DNA of 64,000 bases from Opitutia bacterium (GTDB taxonomy: Bacteria; Verrucomicrobiota; Verrucomicrobiia; Opitutales; T3Sed10-336). Of this stretch, positions 10,693-20,055 are shown in pieces. The position numbers were made by a program, and so were the translations under genes. Every line of letters starts with the position of its first letter. Positions within the stretch are counted from its first letter, which is position 1. The stretch covers positions 75,928 through 139,927 of the forward strand of contig JBJHCF010000007.1 in assembly GCA_050506795.1 (NCBI GenBank), read 5' to 3'. Under the pieces are notes generated by a model. That model was not told the DNA's origin. It did not search any database and saw only the letters and a program-made list of their open reading frames with translations.

Positions 10693-11343
10693 ATGCTTTC
10701 ACCCGAAAACAAAAAACGGTACATCCTGCAAATCCTCGCCGGAGAACGGTCTCAGAGCGACGTGGCCCGGGCCACCGGTTTCTCGCGGCAAGCGGTCTCC
10801 CAGTGGATCAAGCAGTACCGGTCCGAAGGTGAGGGAGGCATCCGCAAACGGCGCGGACGCCCCAAAATACGACGCTTGCCGGAAAACGATTCCGAACGCC
10901 TCAAAGCTATCGTCACCTCCCAAACCCCCGCCGAAACCGGACTCGATAAAGCCTTCTCCGAATGGTCCTACGAAGCGGTAAGACGCCTGATCATTCGCGA
11001 AACCGGGGTCAAACTGACCTACCGGTTTGTGGCCGAGTACCTCGAAGAATGGGGAATGGACCACCCGATGGCCGGGAAGATTCCGGCTCAGTCACGAATC
11101 CGTCCGACGGACAAACCCGTTTCGTCACCACCCCCGAAAGTCGATTCCTCCCCACGAGTCGCGGAAGAGGACGAGGAATCCTTCTCCCTGGCCGAGTACG
11201 AATCGGGCATCGCAGAGGCCCGAAAAAATCTCACCTCCCGCGTCTTCCCGGCTCACGGCCACCGCACCGGACGCCACGCGCGGCAGCGCTCCGCCCCCAC
11301 CCGAAAGAAGCGCAAAGGAAAATCAAATCGTAAACGGCGTTGA
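10693..11343 (+). CDS. HTH protein resembling the IS630 transposase N-terminal DNA-binding region, with a low-complexity basic tail
   Basis: SQSDVARATGFSRQAVSQW HTH, RRGRP, WSYEAVRRLIIRETGVKLT winged helix; no DDE domain. Confidence 0.7.
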   Translation: MLSPENKKRYILQILAGERSQSDVARATGFSRQAVSQWIKQYRSEGEGGIRKRRGRPKIRRLPENDSERLKAIVTSQTPAETGLDKAFSEWSYEAVRRLIIRETGVKLTYRFVAEYLEEWGMDHPMAGKIPAQSRIRPTDKPVSSPPPKVDSSPRVAEEDEESFSLAEYESGIAEARKNLTSRVFPAHGHRTGRHARQRSAPTRKKRKGKSNRKRR

Positions 11344-11362
11344 TGGGCCCCATTCCCCCAAT

Positions 11363-11728
11363 CTATTCCGGCCGCAGCACTCCGGCTTCTTCCCGGTGAC
11401 GCGCCAGAAGGCTTCGACAGACCAATTCGCAAAGTTCAAAGACGCTGGGGTCTAAAATCCGATAATACACGAAATTCCCCTCTTTTCTCCGCGCCAGCAG
11501 CCCCGCCTGCACCAGTCCCTGCAGGTGACGCGAAGTGTTGGCCTGGTTCAAACCGCTTTCCGCCACCAAGGTTCCAACCGACTTCTCGCCTTCCATCAGG
11601 CACTGCACCAACCGCAGGCGCGCGGGTTCGCCCAATACCTTGAACCGCTCCGCCACCCGCTCCAGGAACCCGGACGGTAACGGCGCACTTTCCTTACGAT
11701 CGCTTAGTGGCATGAGCTCGGTATCCAT
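11363..11728 (-). CDS. ArsR/SmtB family transcriptional regulator
   Basis: FKVLGEPARLRL, QANTSRHL, RRKEGNFVYY. Confidence 0.9.
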   Translation of the reverse strand: MDTELMPLSDRKESAPLPSGFLERVAERFKVLGEPARLRLVQCLMEGEKSVGTLVAESGLNQANTSRHLQGLVQAGLLARRKEGNFVYYRILDPSVFELCELVCRSLLARHREEAGVLRPE

Positions 11729-11779
11729 AAAACAGTATATGAGCATTCAGGAATTTTTCAATTTGGCAAGCCTTCCAAT

Positions 11780-13528
11780 TCAACTGACGACCTTAAACCC
11801 GCGAAGGCGGTTCAGTGCCGCGGCGATTTCATATCGCCTCGGTCGAGCCAAATTGCCGGGGTGCGCCTCGGGTCCGAAACGGGTCAGCCCGTCAACGGTT
11901 CGCTCCTCCAGCAGATCCTCCAGCCGGTCGAGCAGGCGCGGCAAATCGGGTCGATCCTCCGACAGCTCCCGCGCGGCCAGATGCAGGGCATGACCGATCG
12001 CCCGGAGCTGGCTCGGATCGGCCACCTGCTCGACGGCCCGCATGTCGATGGTGTCGCCGCCGAAGCGAATGCCGTCCACCCCTTCCGCGTCAATTTTGAC
12101 CTTGCCGCGGCCCTTCAGGGGATTGATGGATCGCGGGTCGGGAACCCGCCCCCGCGGCAACCGAAAGGGTTCCGGCGCCCCGTAACCGCGCCGGCTGGGC
12201 AAGGCGCGCGCAATCTCTCTGGCCTCCCCGGTCACTTCCTCCGGCCGGTAATCGCGCATGCGTATCACGGTATCGGCTACTTCGAAATAGTCCCCGCACC
12301 CCCCCATCACCAGGATGACCGACACGCCTTCCCGTTCGTACAGTTCCCGAATCCGGTCCAGGAGCGGGGTGATCGGCTCGCTTTCCCGGTTGACCAGACG
12401 CTGCATGCGGGCGTCGCGCAACATCAGGTTGGTGGCCGCCGTGTCCTCATCCACCAGCAGCAATCGGGATCCCGCTTCGAGGGCTTCCAGGATCGCCGCC
12501 GCCTGGCTGGTGCTGCCGGACGCCTCGTCGGTGGAAAAATCCACCGTCGACCGGCCGTTGGGCAATTCCCCGATCAACGACGAGAGGTCCACCTTTTCGA
12601 TTCGCCTCCGGTCCTCCGCACGGATCTTTACCGCGTCGCCGCGAGCCACCACGTACTCCCGCCCGTCTCCGGGAATGTGCGGAAACACTCCAAATTCAAT
12701 AGCCCGCAACAGAGTCGATTTCCCGTGATACCCCCCGCCCACAATGAGAGTCACCCCTTCCGGGATTCCCATACCGGTGATCATTCCGTCCTCGCCCGTG
12801 TATCGGGAATCCGGATTCGGCAATTCGAATTGAACACGCATCGATTCCGGCGAACGAAACCCGACCGCTTCCTCCGCCGCCATCGGCCGGTCGCTCACCC
12901 CGCTGGCCCGCGGCAGCACGGAGCCGTCGGCCACGAAGGCCGTCAGACCGCGTCTCGCCAGTTCCCCGCGAATACATTCCTGATTCTCGACGCAATAAAC
13001 AAACGCGGCGCCTTCCTCAGCAAAATCCGGCCGCCAAACCAACGCCTCCCGTACCGCATCCAACAGGTCCCGGGTCAGCATCGTTTCCGCCTCGCGGCCG
13101 AGGATTCGCCGCCCGGCAGCGGGCAGCCCGACCTCCACACGGGCCTCCACCCAATCGGAACACACCCGCACCGCCGCGCGCTCCAGCACTTCCTGACGTC
13201 CGGCGTCGACCTGCATCAGCCCGCTCTTGCCGATGCCACGATTCCCGCCACCGCAACGCCGCAACGCCGAACGGGCGCGCCGCGCGAGAAAATCCTCCAA
13301 CGCGACGCGCCTGACCCGCGACGCGAACAGCTCCGGCGGCAGGGTCGCCGTCTCCGCCCCCAATCGAACGCGCATCTTGGACGGCGAAGCAAAGGGATCG
13401 CCCTGCACGTAATCCACAAAGAGTTCGCCGCCCTCAAACACGTAACGCCCTTGAAGGTCTTTGTAAGCCTTGTAACCGCGCCCGTCGATACGGCGCAACG
13501 TCGTTGCCAATTGCTGAAGATCGCTCAT
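11780..13528 (-). CDS. Soluble ABC-class ATPase domain protein (predicted ATPase family)
   Basis: YVQGDPFASPS, GGGYHGKSTLL Walker A, ASGSTSQAA, LLVDED Walker B; no TM segments. Confidence 0.85.
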   Translation of the reverse strand: MSDLQQLATTLRRIDGRGYKAYKDLQGRYVFEGGELFVDYVQGDPFASPSKMRVRLGAETATLPPELFASRVRRVALEDFLARRARSALRRCGGGNRGIGKSGLMQVDAGRQEVLERAAVRVCSDWVEARVEVGLPAAGRRILGREAETMLTRDLLDAVREALVWRPDFAEEGAAFVYCVENQECIRGELARRGLTAFVADGSVLPRASGVSDRPMAAEEAVGFRSPESMRVQFELPNPDSRYTGEDGMITGMGIPEGVTLIVGGGYHGKSTLLRAIEFGVFPHIPGDGREYVVARGDAVKIRAEDRRRIEKVDLSSLIGELPNGRSTVDFSTDEASGSTSQAAAILEALEAGSRLLLVDEDTAATNLMLRDARMQRLVNRESEPITPLLDRIRELYEREGVSVILVMGGCGDYFEVADTVIRMRDYRPEEVTGEAREIARALPSRRGYGAPEPFRLPRGRVPDPRSINPLKGRGKVKIDAEGVDGIRFGGDTIDMRAVEQVADPSQLRAIGHALHLAARELSEDRPDLPRLLDRLEDLLEERTVDGLTRFGPEAHPGNLARPRRYEIAAALNRLRGFKVVS

Positions 13529-13597
13529 GAAGAGCCCCACTGTCACGCGACCCCCGGCCCGCTGTCAATTTCCCGACCCGCAAGCGCCCCCCCCCAT

Positions 13598-13666
13598 GGC
13601 CTTTTCATTCGACGGCTGTCAGCCGCATGAAAAGGCATTTGAAATCGAAAATTTGAGATTTGAAAT
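13598..13666. repeat. Dispersed repeat, copy 1 (TTTTCAT...ATGAAAA hairpin plus TTTGARA heptamers)
   Basis: Aligns by eye with 28249-28319. Confidence 0.75.
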
Positions 13667-13721
13667 AAACGAATGAACTTGAACGAGATATGCGCTAGAG
13701 CATTGCTGGACTGTGAAGGTT

Positions 13722-13809
13722 CTCACACGGAGCTTACGGAGCCGGGTCCAGTAGAAATCTCCGTGTCTCTCGCCGGCCTGAGCTCGTCGAGGGCATGCCT
13801 CCGTGTGAG
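13722..13809. repeat. Gene-less hairpin element with CACGGAG units and a nested short insert
   Basis: CTCACACGGAG (13722) is inverted with CTCCGTGTGAG (ends 13809); an extra CTCCGTG at 13759. Confidence 0.6.
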
Positions 13810-13918
13810 CCCAATTTTCGCTGTATTTTTTGTTTCTTCAAACGATGAACCTCCTTAACCGTGCCATTCAGGTTACCCAAAACTTGCCCTTTCGTCCGGC
13901 TCGTATAAAAAGGCCCCG

Positions 13919-14335
13919 ATGAAATCGTATCGCAAAGAACTCTGGTTTCAGGCGGCACAACGGCGGGAACTGATCAATATCACCGGTCAAGTGGAAGACT
14001 GCCTGCGCGAAAGCGGTATCCGGGAGGGTCTCGCCCTGGTGAACGCGATGCACATCTCCGCCAGTGTTTTTGTCAATGACAACGAATCCGGCCTGCACGC
14101 CGACTTCGAACGCTGGCTGGAAAAACTCGCCCCGGAAAAACCCCATTCCCAATACGCCCACAACAAAGGGGAAGACAACGCCGACGCCCACCTCAAACGC
14201 ACCATCATGGGCCGGGAAGTCGTGGTCGCGGTGACCAAAGGCCAACTCGACTTCGGTCCCTGGGAGCAGATTTTCTATGGCGAATTCGACGGTATGCGCC
14301 GGAAGCGTGTATTGGTAAAAATCATCGGAGAGTGA
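13919..14335 (+). CDS. yjbQ: YjbQ/UPF0047 family (secondary thiamine-phosphate synthase)
   Basis: [31 protein letters not shown]. Confidence 0.9.
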   Translation: MKSYRKELWFQAAQRRELINITGQVEDCLRESGIREGLALVNAMHISASVFVNDNESGLHADFERWLEKLAPEKPHSQYAHNKGEDNADAHLKRTIMGREVVVAVTKGQLDFGPWEQIFYGEFDGMRRKRVLVKIIGE

Positions 14336-14366
14336 CCTTCCCGATCCTGTAAAACCCGCAATCAAT

Positions 14367-14864
14367 ATGTACCAATCAATTCTTATCGCACTGCTCAGCA
14401 TCAGCCTGATGGCCTGCAATCACCGGGATTCCGGTCCCTCGGACGACAACTCTGCCGAATCGTCACCTCCCGAACCCGATGCCTCGGAGGGGGTGGTGGA
14501 GGCGGAGGACGAACCCATCGCCGCCGAACTGCGGGCCGAGCCTGGGGAAATCGACTCCTCCGACCGGATCGAGGTGCGCGTGGTCAATCACGGCGAACGA
14601 ACGCTGAACTACGGGCGTCCCGTTCGGGTGGAGCGCTGGGACGGGGAAGCCTGGCGGGAAACCGAGGAATCGCTCAACGCCGCCTGGACCATGGAACTCC
14701 TCATCCTTGCGCCGGGTGAAACCGGGGTGGCACAGCCCTGGCCCTTTCTCGCCCAACAAAACGCCGAACCCGGGTGGTACCGCTTCACCAAGGAAGTCTA
14801 CGCCGAAACCTCCTCCGGCGACGCCACCCGACTGCTGGTCCGTGCCCGGGTCCGGGTCAAGTGA
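14367..14864 (+). CDS. Lipoprotein with a bacterial Ig-like domain
   Basis: Lipobox LMAC, acidic linker, beta-rich domain (NYG..VERW, LAPGE, PGWYRFTKEV). Confidence 0.7.
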   Translation: MYQSILIALLSISLMACNHRDSGPSDDNSAESSPPEPDASEGVVEAEDEPIAAELRAEPGEIDSSDRIEVRVVNHGERTLNYGRPVRVERWDGEAWRETEESLNAAWTMELLILAPGETGVAQPWPFLAQQNAEPGWYRFTKEVYAETSSGDATRLLVRARVRVK

Positions 14865-14914
14865 GTCTGGAGTCAAAAAACGAAAAATTGTTGTAGTTGA
14901 GGCAAGTTTTTTGG

Positions 14915-14988
14915 CACCGCAGAGGTTGGAGGGTCACAGAGAAATCATTCGGAATGTCCTTCTCTGCGGTCTTCCGCTCTCTGCGGTG
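14915..14988. repeat. Gene-less hairpin element with CGCAGAG units
   Basis: 29-bp arms at 14915-14943 and 14960-14988, 22/29 Watson-Crick pairs plus 5 G-U on the + strand. Confidence 0.75.
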
Positions 14989-15037
14989 TCCTTATTCCTG
15001 GCCTGAGGCTTCGCCTCGTTGCTGTCTGTCGGCGATC

Positions 15038-15454
15038 TTACGGATAGCGAAGCTCGACGATTTTCACTCCGGCCGGCTCGAAATCTTTTCGGTTGGTCGT
15101 GGCCACCGCAAGGCCGTAGTGGCGCGCCGTAGCAGCGAGCAGGCTGTCTTCGCAGGAAATGGTGCGATTGTTTCGTTTCAACTCGGAGAGCAAATGTTTC
15201 CATTCCACCAGAACGGTTTCGCTCAGGGGTAGAATCGCTTGCGCGAGAGAAACGCGAAGGTCGGACAACCACGTCTCCAACTTAATTCTGAGAGCCGGAT
15301 CCTCCACGGTCTCAATGCCAAAAGAAAGCTCCGCCAGTGTGACTACCGATACAAAGCTTCGATCCTCGTGGGTACGCAGCCAACGAAGCATGGCCGCGGG
15401 TGGCCGGCGTTTACTTGACGCCGAAAGAACCCCCGTGTCCAACAGGTACTTCAT
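15038..15454 (-). CDS. vapC: PIN-domain toxin (VapC family)
   Basis: MKYLLDTGVLS, TLAELSFG, DSLLAATA, TTNRKDF; start overlaps the antitoxin stop. Confidence 0.9.
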   Translation of the reverse strand: MKYLLDTGVLSASSKRRPPAAMLRWLRTHEDRSFVSVVTLAELSFGIETVEDPALRIKLETWLSDLRVSLAQAILPLSETVLVEWKHLLSELKRNNRTISCEDSLLAATARHYGLAVATTNRKDFEPAGVKIVELRYP

Positions 15455-15699
15455 CGAAAGGGAAGATGATGACGCTCCGGGGGAGGGATCTCGCCCGGAC
15501 ACTTTTTGAGGATCGCAGTCAACCCTTTCGCCCCCGTTTCCAGCTCGCGGATCGGCGTCAGTAACAAACTCTGCTCACCGTCGTCCACCTCAACCAAACG
15601 GACAGCCCCGCCCTTTCGCAAACCGGCTCGTTCACGCCAGGCTTTCGGCAACTGCGCCTGCCCTTTCACCGTCACGCTCATCACGTCCACCTTCTTCAT
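15451..15699 (-). CDS. AbrB/MazE-like antitoxin
   Basis: VTVKGQAQLPKAWRERAGL AbrB motif; directly upstream of the PIN gene. Confidence 0.85.
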   Translation of the reverse strand: MKKVDVMSVTVKGQAQLPKAWRERAGLRKGGAVRLVEVDDGEQSLLLTPIRELETGAKGLTAILKKCPGEIPPPERHHLPFR

Positions 15700-15702
15700 A
15701 AT

Positions 15703-15719
15703 AGTAATGAATCATTACT
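15703..15719. promoter_or_regulatory. Probable TA autoregulatory operator
   Basis: Palindrome AGTAATGA-A-TCATTACT, 4 bp upstream of the antitoxin ATG. Confidence 0.65.
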
Positions 15720-15913
15720 TCGGCCTCCTTGCAAGTGGAATTGCCGGCAGATCCTCCCGCGCCAGCGAGCGTGTTGCCTCAGGCATCTGATGAGGATTAT
15801 GCGAAGTCCCGTGCCTGCCGGGAGAAGCCTAATCTACATTGATCTAGCGCCTTAACCGCCGTTCGGCTTAAACCAGCAAAAAACCCCACATAACCATGAG
15901 GGTCTCGGGGCGG

Positions 15914-15985
15914 TGCGGGCGGAGGGAGTCGAACCCTCGTCTCAAGCTTGGGAAGCTCACATAATAGCCGTTATACGACGCCCGC
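15914..15985 (-). tRNA. tRNA-Gly(CCC), CCA not encoded
   Basis: Reverse complement GCGGGCGTCGTATAACGGCTATTATGTGAGCTTCCCAAGCTTGAGACGAGGGTTCGACTCCCTCCGCCCGCA, followed by CCG. Confidence 0.93.
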
Positions 15986-16145
15986 GGAAACCGAAATGCC
16001 CGGTCTTGATCCCGATTAAAGCCAGGGACGCGGTGGAAGCAAGCAAGGATCGGTTTCTCCTCGCTCATTTTTTTTCTTTCCTTGTTCCCGGGAGTCCTTT
16101 TAGAAATCAGGAACCACCCTGAAAGCCAACCCCGATCCGCCCCAG

Positions 16146-19013
16146 GTGTCATCTCCGCGAACACTTTCCCCTACCTTCGTTCTCAGCGTTTTCCTGATTC
16201 TCCTCGCTGCGCTATCCGCCGGCACCGCAATGGCCGGCCTGAGGCTGGAATCGCTGGAATCCCTTCTGCACCGGGCCACGGAGGCCTTCGCTTCCGCGGA
16301 CTATGAACGGGCCGCGCAGGAGTTTCGCAACATCGAGGCCGAATACGGAGAGGAACCGGTCACCCGGGAACCGCGTTTTCTCCGCCGAGTCCTGCCTCTG
16401 CGGGGCTACGCGGAGCTGCGCGGCGGCGATCCCGCCAGGGCGGTGCTTCACTTCAAAAGTTATCTCGATACCTTCCACTCCGATCCCCGGCCCAACGCCT
16501 TCGTTCTCTACCATCTGGCACTGGCCAAACGTAAAACCGGTCAACCGGAGGAAGCCCTGCATCGCTTCGGAGAATACATCGAATCCTACCCGAACCGGCC
16601 CGAAGCGGCGTTCGCCCTGATGCAACAGGTGGACATCCTCAATGAAAGCGGACGAGCCGAGGAGGCCCGGGAGCGGTTGGAGAGCTTCGGAGAAAGCGAC
16701 GCCCCCGCATCCCTGCGCGCCCAGGCCCGCCTCATGGCAATTCGCCAGGCCCGCGACGCGGGGGATATCGATACCGCCGCGACTTTCCTTTTGGACCATT
16801 CCTGGGATCCGGACGTCATCCCGGAAATCGCCTCGTTTACCGCCTTGGCCATGGAGATCGGAGATCACCTCCTTGAAACCGGCGAGGCCCGCGACGCCCT
16901 GCGCGTCTACCAATTGGTGCTTCCCCGGCGCCGGCTCCTGGAACAACAACGCCGCCGACTGGAGGCCCTGCAGGATACCTCCGTATCCGTTGGTCCGATG
17001 CAACGTCGCCACCGCGACCGTCTGAGCCGTGGTCTGCAGGCCCTGGAGAACGCCCCGGATCACACCCCCTCCTGGACCTTTCGCCGAGGCCGGGCCTTCC
17101 TGCTGGCGAAACGTCCGCGCGAGGCCTGGTTGATTTTCGAAAGCCTGGCCCTCGATGAATCCCTGGAGCCCGGCCTCCGCGAACAGGCGCACTTCCACTG
17201 GATCCTGGCCGCTCACGAACTGCGCGATTGGGAGGAGGCCCTGACCATCGCCAGGAACTTCACCCGACGTTACGACGACGCCAACCTCGCGCCGCGCGCC
17301 TTCTATCTCATCGCCGAAGCCCATAGCGAGCAGCGACGGCATCCCGAAGCCATCGAGGTCCTGACCGACCTGATCGAACGGTTTCCGGAACACTCCCTGG
17401 CCCCGCGTTGGGTTTTTACCCGCGGATTCAACCGGGCGGTACTTGAGCGCTTTTCCGCGGCACGGGGAGATTTCAGGATGGTCCGTGATACCTATCCGGA
17501 AAGCGGTCTCACCGCCCGCGCCGACCTCTGGCATGCCCTGACTTTTCTTTTCGAGCAGGACTACGAGCGGGCTTTGCGAGAATTCAACGATCTCGCACTC
17601 ACCTACTCAGACCACGAGATCACCGGAGAAATCCTGTACCGGAGAGCCGCCACACTCCACTCCATGAACAATCTGACCGACGCCCTGGCCGAGGTGACCG
17701 CCTTCGTATCCGATTTTCCCCTGCACGAACGGCACAGCGAAGCGTTGGCCCTGAAAGGGGATATCCTGATGACCGAAGGTCAACCCGATCGCGCCATTGC
17801 CGCCTTCTCCAACGTCCCGCCGGACGCCGGCGCCATGTACCCGTACGCGGTCTTTCAAATCGGACGGATCCACCGCGCACGCGGGGACTATAATATCCTG
17901 GCCAATCATTTTCGCGCCTACCTCGAACGATCCGACGACGAGGCGCCGCCCCGCGTCAGCGAGGCCCTCTACTGGATCGGATGGGCTCACACCCGGCTCA
18001 ACCGTCCCGAGATCGCCCTGCCTCTTTTCCTGGAAACCCTCGATCTCTTCGGTAATGACCGCGAAGCCGCGGAGATCGGAACCGTGCTCAACGCTTTGGC
18101 CGATCTCCACCAGAGTCTCCCCTCTGAAGCGACCCTGCCGGAACGCCTGCCCGTCGGCGGACGAGTCCTGCTGGCGGCTTCCGATTTCTCCGATTGGCTC
18201 CGGATCGAGCGCCGAAACGCGTTGCGCGACGACAAGCCCACCTGGTACGCCCGACTGACCCTGGCCCTATCCGATGCCGAACGTTCCGCCGGACGACCCC
18301 ATGCCGCGGACCTGCTGCTGTTCGAACTCGCAACCGAGATCCCTCCTCAAGACCTTGACGCCACCGCGCTGGGCCGTGCCGGTCATCATCTCCGCGAGCG
18401 CGGTCTCGCGACCGGGGAGACACTCCTGCTTCACCTGTTGGAGGATTTTCCCGATGCTCCGGAGTCCGCATACGCTCATTACGGACTCGCACGCATCGCC
18501 CACCAGGCGGGAGACATGGAGAACGCCCTCCTCCACTTGCGACGTTTTCGCTCCCGATTTCCCGGACACTCTCTCGCGGTGGACGCCACCCTCCTTCACG
18601 CGGATCTGCAGGCGCTTTCAGGCGACACCCTTGCCGCGCGGGCGGCCTACGAGGAAGTGCTGCGCGACCGCCGCGCCAGGGGACGGCGCCACGCCAGGGC
18701 GCTTCGAGCGTTGGCTAAAATTTACCGCGACCAGGAAGAACCGGAAAAGGCGATCGCATACTACCAGCGCATCTACACCCTGTACCAGGCCTACCCGGAA
18801 CTGGTCGTCGAAGCCTATCACGAAAGCGCCCTCCTCTTTGAACGCCTGGGCGATCTGCAAGCCGCCCGGGCCACTTTCCGGGAAATGTTTACCCACGAGA
18901 CCAACGAGGGAGATCCGGAACGCTGGGCGGCCGCCCGGCAGGACCTGGAGCGACTTCAACGTGAACTCCCCCCGGATTCGGCGGGCACTTTGGAAAACGA
19001 ATCCACGCCATGA
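16146..19013 (+). CDS. Large exported tetratricopeptide-repeat protein
   Basis: Signal peptide; many TPR-like helical repeats ending in YP/FP turns. Confidence 0.85.
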   Translation: MSSPRTLSPTFVLSVFLILLAALSAGTAMAGLRLESLESLLHRATEAFASADYERAAQEFRNIEAEYGEEPVTREPRFLRRVLPLRGYAELRGGDPARAVLHFKSYLDTFHSDPRPNAFVLYHLALAKRKTGQPEEALHRFGEYIESYPNRPEAAFALMQQVDILNESGRAEEARERLESFGESDAPASLRAQARLMAIRQARDAGDIDTAATFLLDHSWDPDVIPEIASFTALAMEIGDHLLETGEARDALRVYQLVLPRRRLLEQQRRRLEALQDTSVSVGPMQRRHRDRLSRGLQALENAPDHTPSWTFRRGRAFLLAKRPREAWLIFESLALDESLEPGLREQAHFHWILAAHELRDWEEALTIARNFTRRYDDANLAPRAFYLIAEAHSEQRRHPEAIEVLTDLIERFPEHSLAPRWVFTRGFNRAVLERFSAARGDFRMVRDTYPESGLTARADLWHALTFLFEQDYERALREFNDLALTYSDHEITGEILYRRAATLHSMNNLTDALAEVTAFVSDFPLHERHSEALALKGDILMTEGQPDRAIAAFSNVPPDAGAMYPYAVFQIGRIHRARGDYNILANHFRAYLERSDDEAPPRVSEALYWIGWAHTRLNRPEIALPLFLETLDLFGNDREAAEIGTVLNALADLHQSLPSEATLPERLPVGGRVLLAASDFSDWLRIERRNALRDDKPTWYARLTLALSDAERSAGRPHAADLLLFELATEIPPQDLDATALGRAGHHLRERGLATGETLLLHLLEDFPDAPESAYAHYGLARIAHQAGDMENALLHLRRFRSRFPGHSLAVDATLLHADLQALSGDTLAARAAYEEVLRDRRARGRRHARALRALAKIYRDQEEPEKAIAYYQRIYTLYQAYPELVVEAYHESALLFERLGDLQAARATFREMFTHETNEGDPERWAAARQDLERLQRELPPDSAGTLENESTP

Positions 19014-20014
19014 AACCCACCCCCAAACTTATTGATACCTCCACGGCGCTCCTGGTTTTATTTCTCCTGGTCGCACCAGCCCTTCCGGTCGTCTCCCGGT
19101 ATCAAGAGCCGGCGACCGTAACCCTCGAAAACGGCCGGCAGTACACCGGAATCCTCGCCGGTCTGGCCGACGAGCGTCTGGCCTTGATTGTGCCGGACGG
19201 AGCAGGTGAAGCCGAATACCTCCTGCCAATCGAGCAGATCACGAAGGTGGATCTGCCCGATGAAGACCTCGCAACAAACGCACTGCTTCTGTACCAGGAA
19301 AACAACTACGAGCAGGCAATTCCTCTGCTGGAAACAATCTATCGGAATCGCCTTCCCTACCTTGCACTTTTGGCCCCGAACCAGGAGACACCACTCGTCG
19401 CCCTGGTAAAACTATATTCGGCGACGGGAGCCCGACTCGACGCGGTCATCACCGCGCGTCGACTCAGTCGCGATATACGGAATCCGGCCCATCGCGAAGA
19501 ACTGGCGGCCATCAAACTGACCGGATACCTTGACCTCGACTTGATTGAACGCGCCGTCTCCGACGGACGCGCCTGGTGTGCCCGGCAGGACCGGCATCCC
19601 GATTCCGCGCTGGGATGGTATGTGCTGGCTGAAGTCGCTTTGCGGGAGGAACGGCTCGAAGATGCCCTGTGGATTGCCCTGCAACCGATTGCGTTCTCAT
19701 CGGCTTCCCCCATGTCGTACCTGGAAGCGGCCTATGCGGCAGCCCTCCGCGCCTACCAAAAGACGGGCGAAACGGACCTGGGAATCGAGCTCTACCGGGA
19801 AATGAGGGACCGCGATTTGCCTCTTTCCGAACTCAGCCCCTCCGCCGGCGAAACGATCGCCTACTTCGCCGAGCTTTGGGAGGCGGAGAGACAGGCGTCC
19901 CCGAATGAGGAGGAAACCGGCCCGCTCCTTGATCCTCGTCCGCCGCGAGCGGACCTCAATCTGCCTCTGCGCGAAGTCCGCCGACTACTCCTCGCCTTGC
20001 CGGAGTTCGAATAA
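19010..20014 (+). CDS. Exported protein with a small beta N-domain and TPR-like helices
   Basis: Signal peptide, VTLENGRQYTG motif; ATGA overlap with the upstream gene. Confidence 0.7.
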   Translation: MKPTPKLIDTSTALLVLFLLVAPALPVVSRYQEPATVTLENGRQYTGILAGLADERLALIVPDGAGEAEYLLPIEQITKVDLPDEDLATNALLLYQENNYEQAIPLLETIYRNRLPYLALLAPNQETPLVALVKLYSATGARLDAVITARRLSRDIRNPAHREELAAIKLTGYLDLDLIERAVSDGRAWCARQDRHPDSALGWYVLAEVALREERLEDALWIALQPIAFSSASPMSYLEAAYAAALRAYQKTGETDLGIELYREMRDRDLPLSELSPSAGETIAYFAELWEAERQASPNEEETGPLLDPRPPRADLNLPLREVRRLLLALPEFE

Positions 20015-20055
20015 AACCCATCCAACAATCGACCCTTGCATCAACGCCAACCGCT

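Noticed and set aside
15001..15785. GCCTGAGGC/GCCTCAGGC inverted pair around the TA module
   Set aside because: Only 9 bp and near-palindromic in GC-rich DNA, so plausible by chance.
15786..15815. CTGATGAG plus a short stem resembling a hammerhead ribozyme core
   Set aside because: The required GAAA after stem II is absent (CGTG follows).
13550..15913. Integrative island at tRNA-Gly
   Set aside because: No integrase and no duplicate of the tRNA 3' end were seen.
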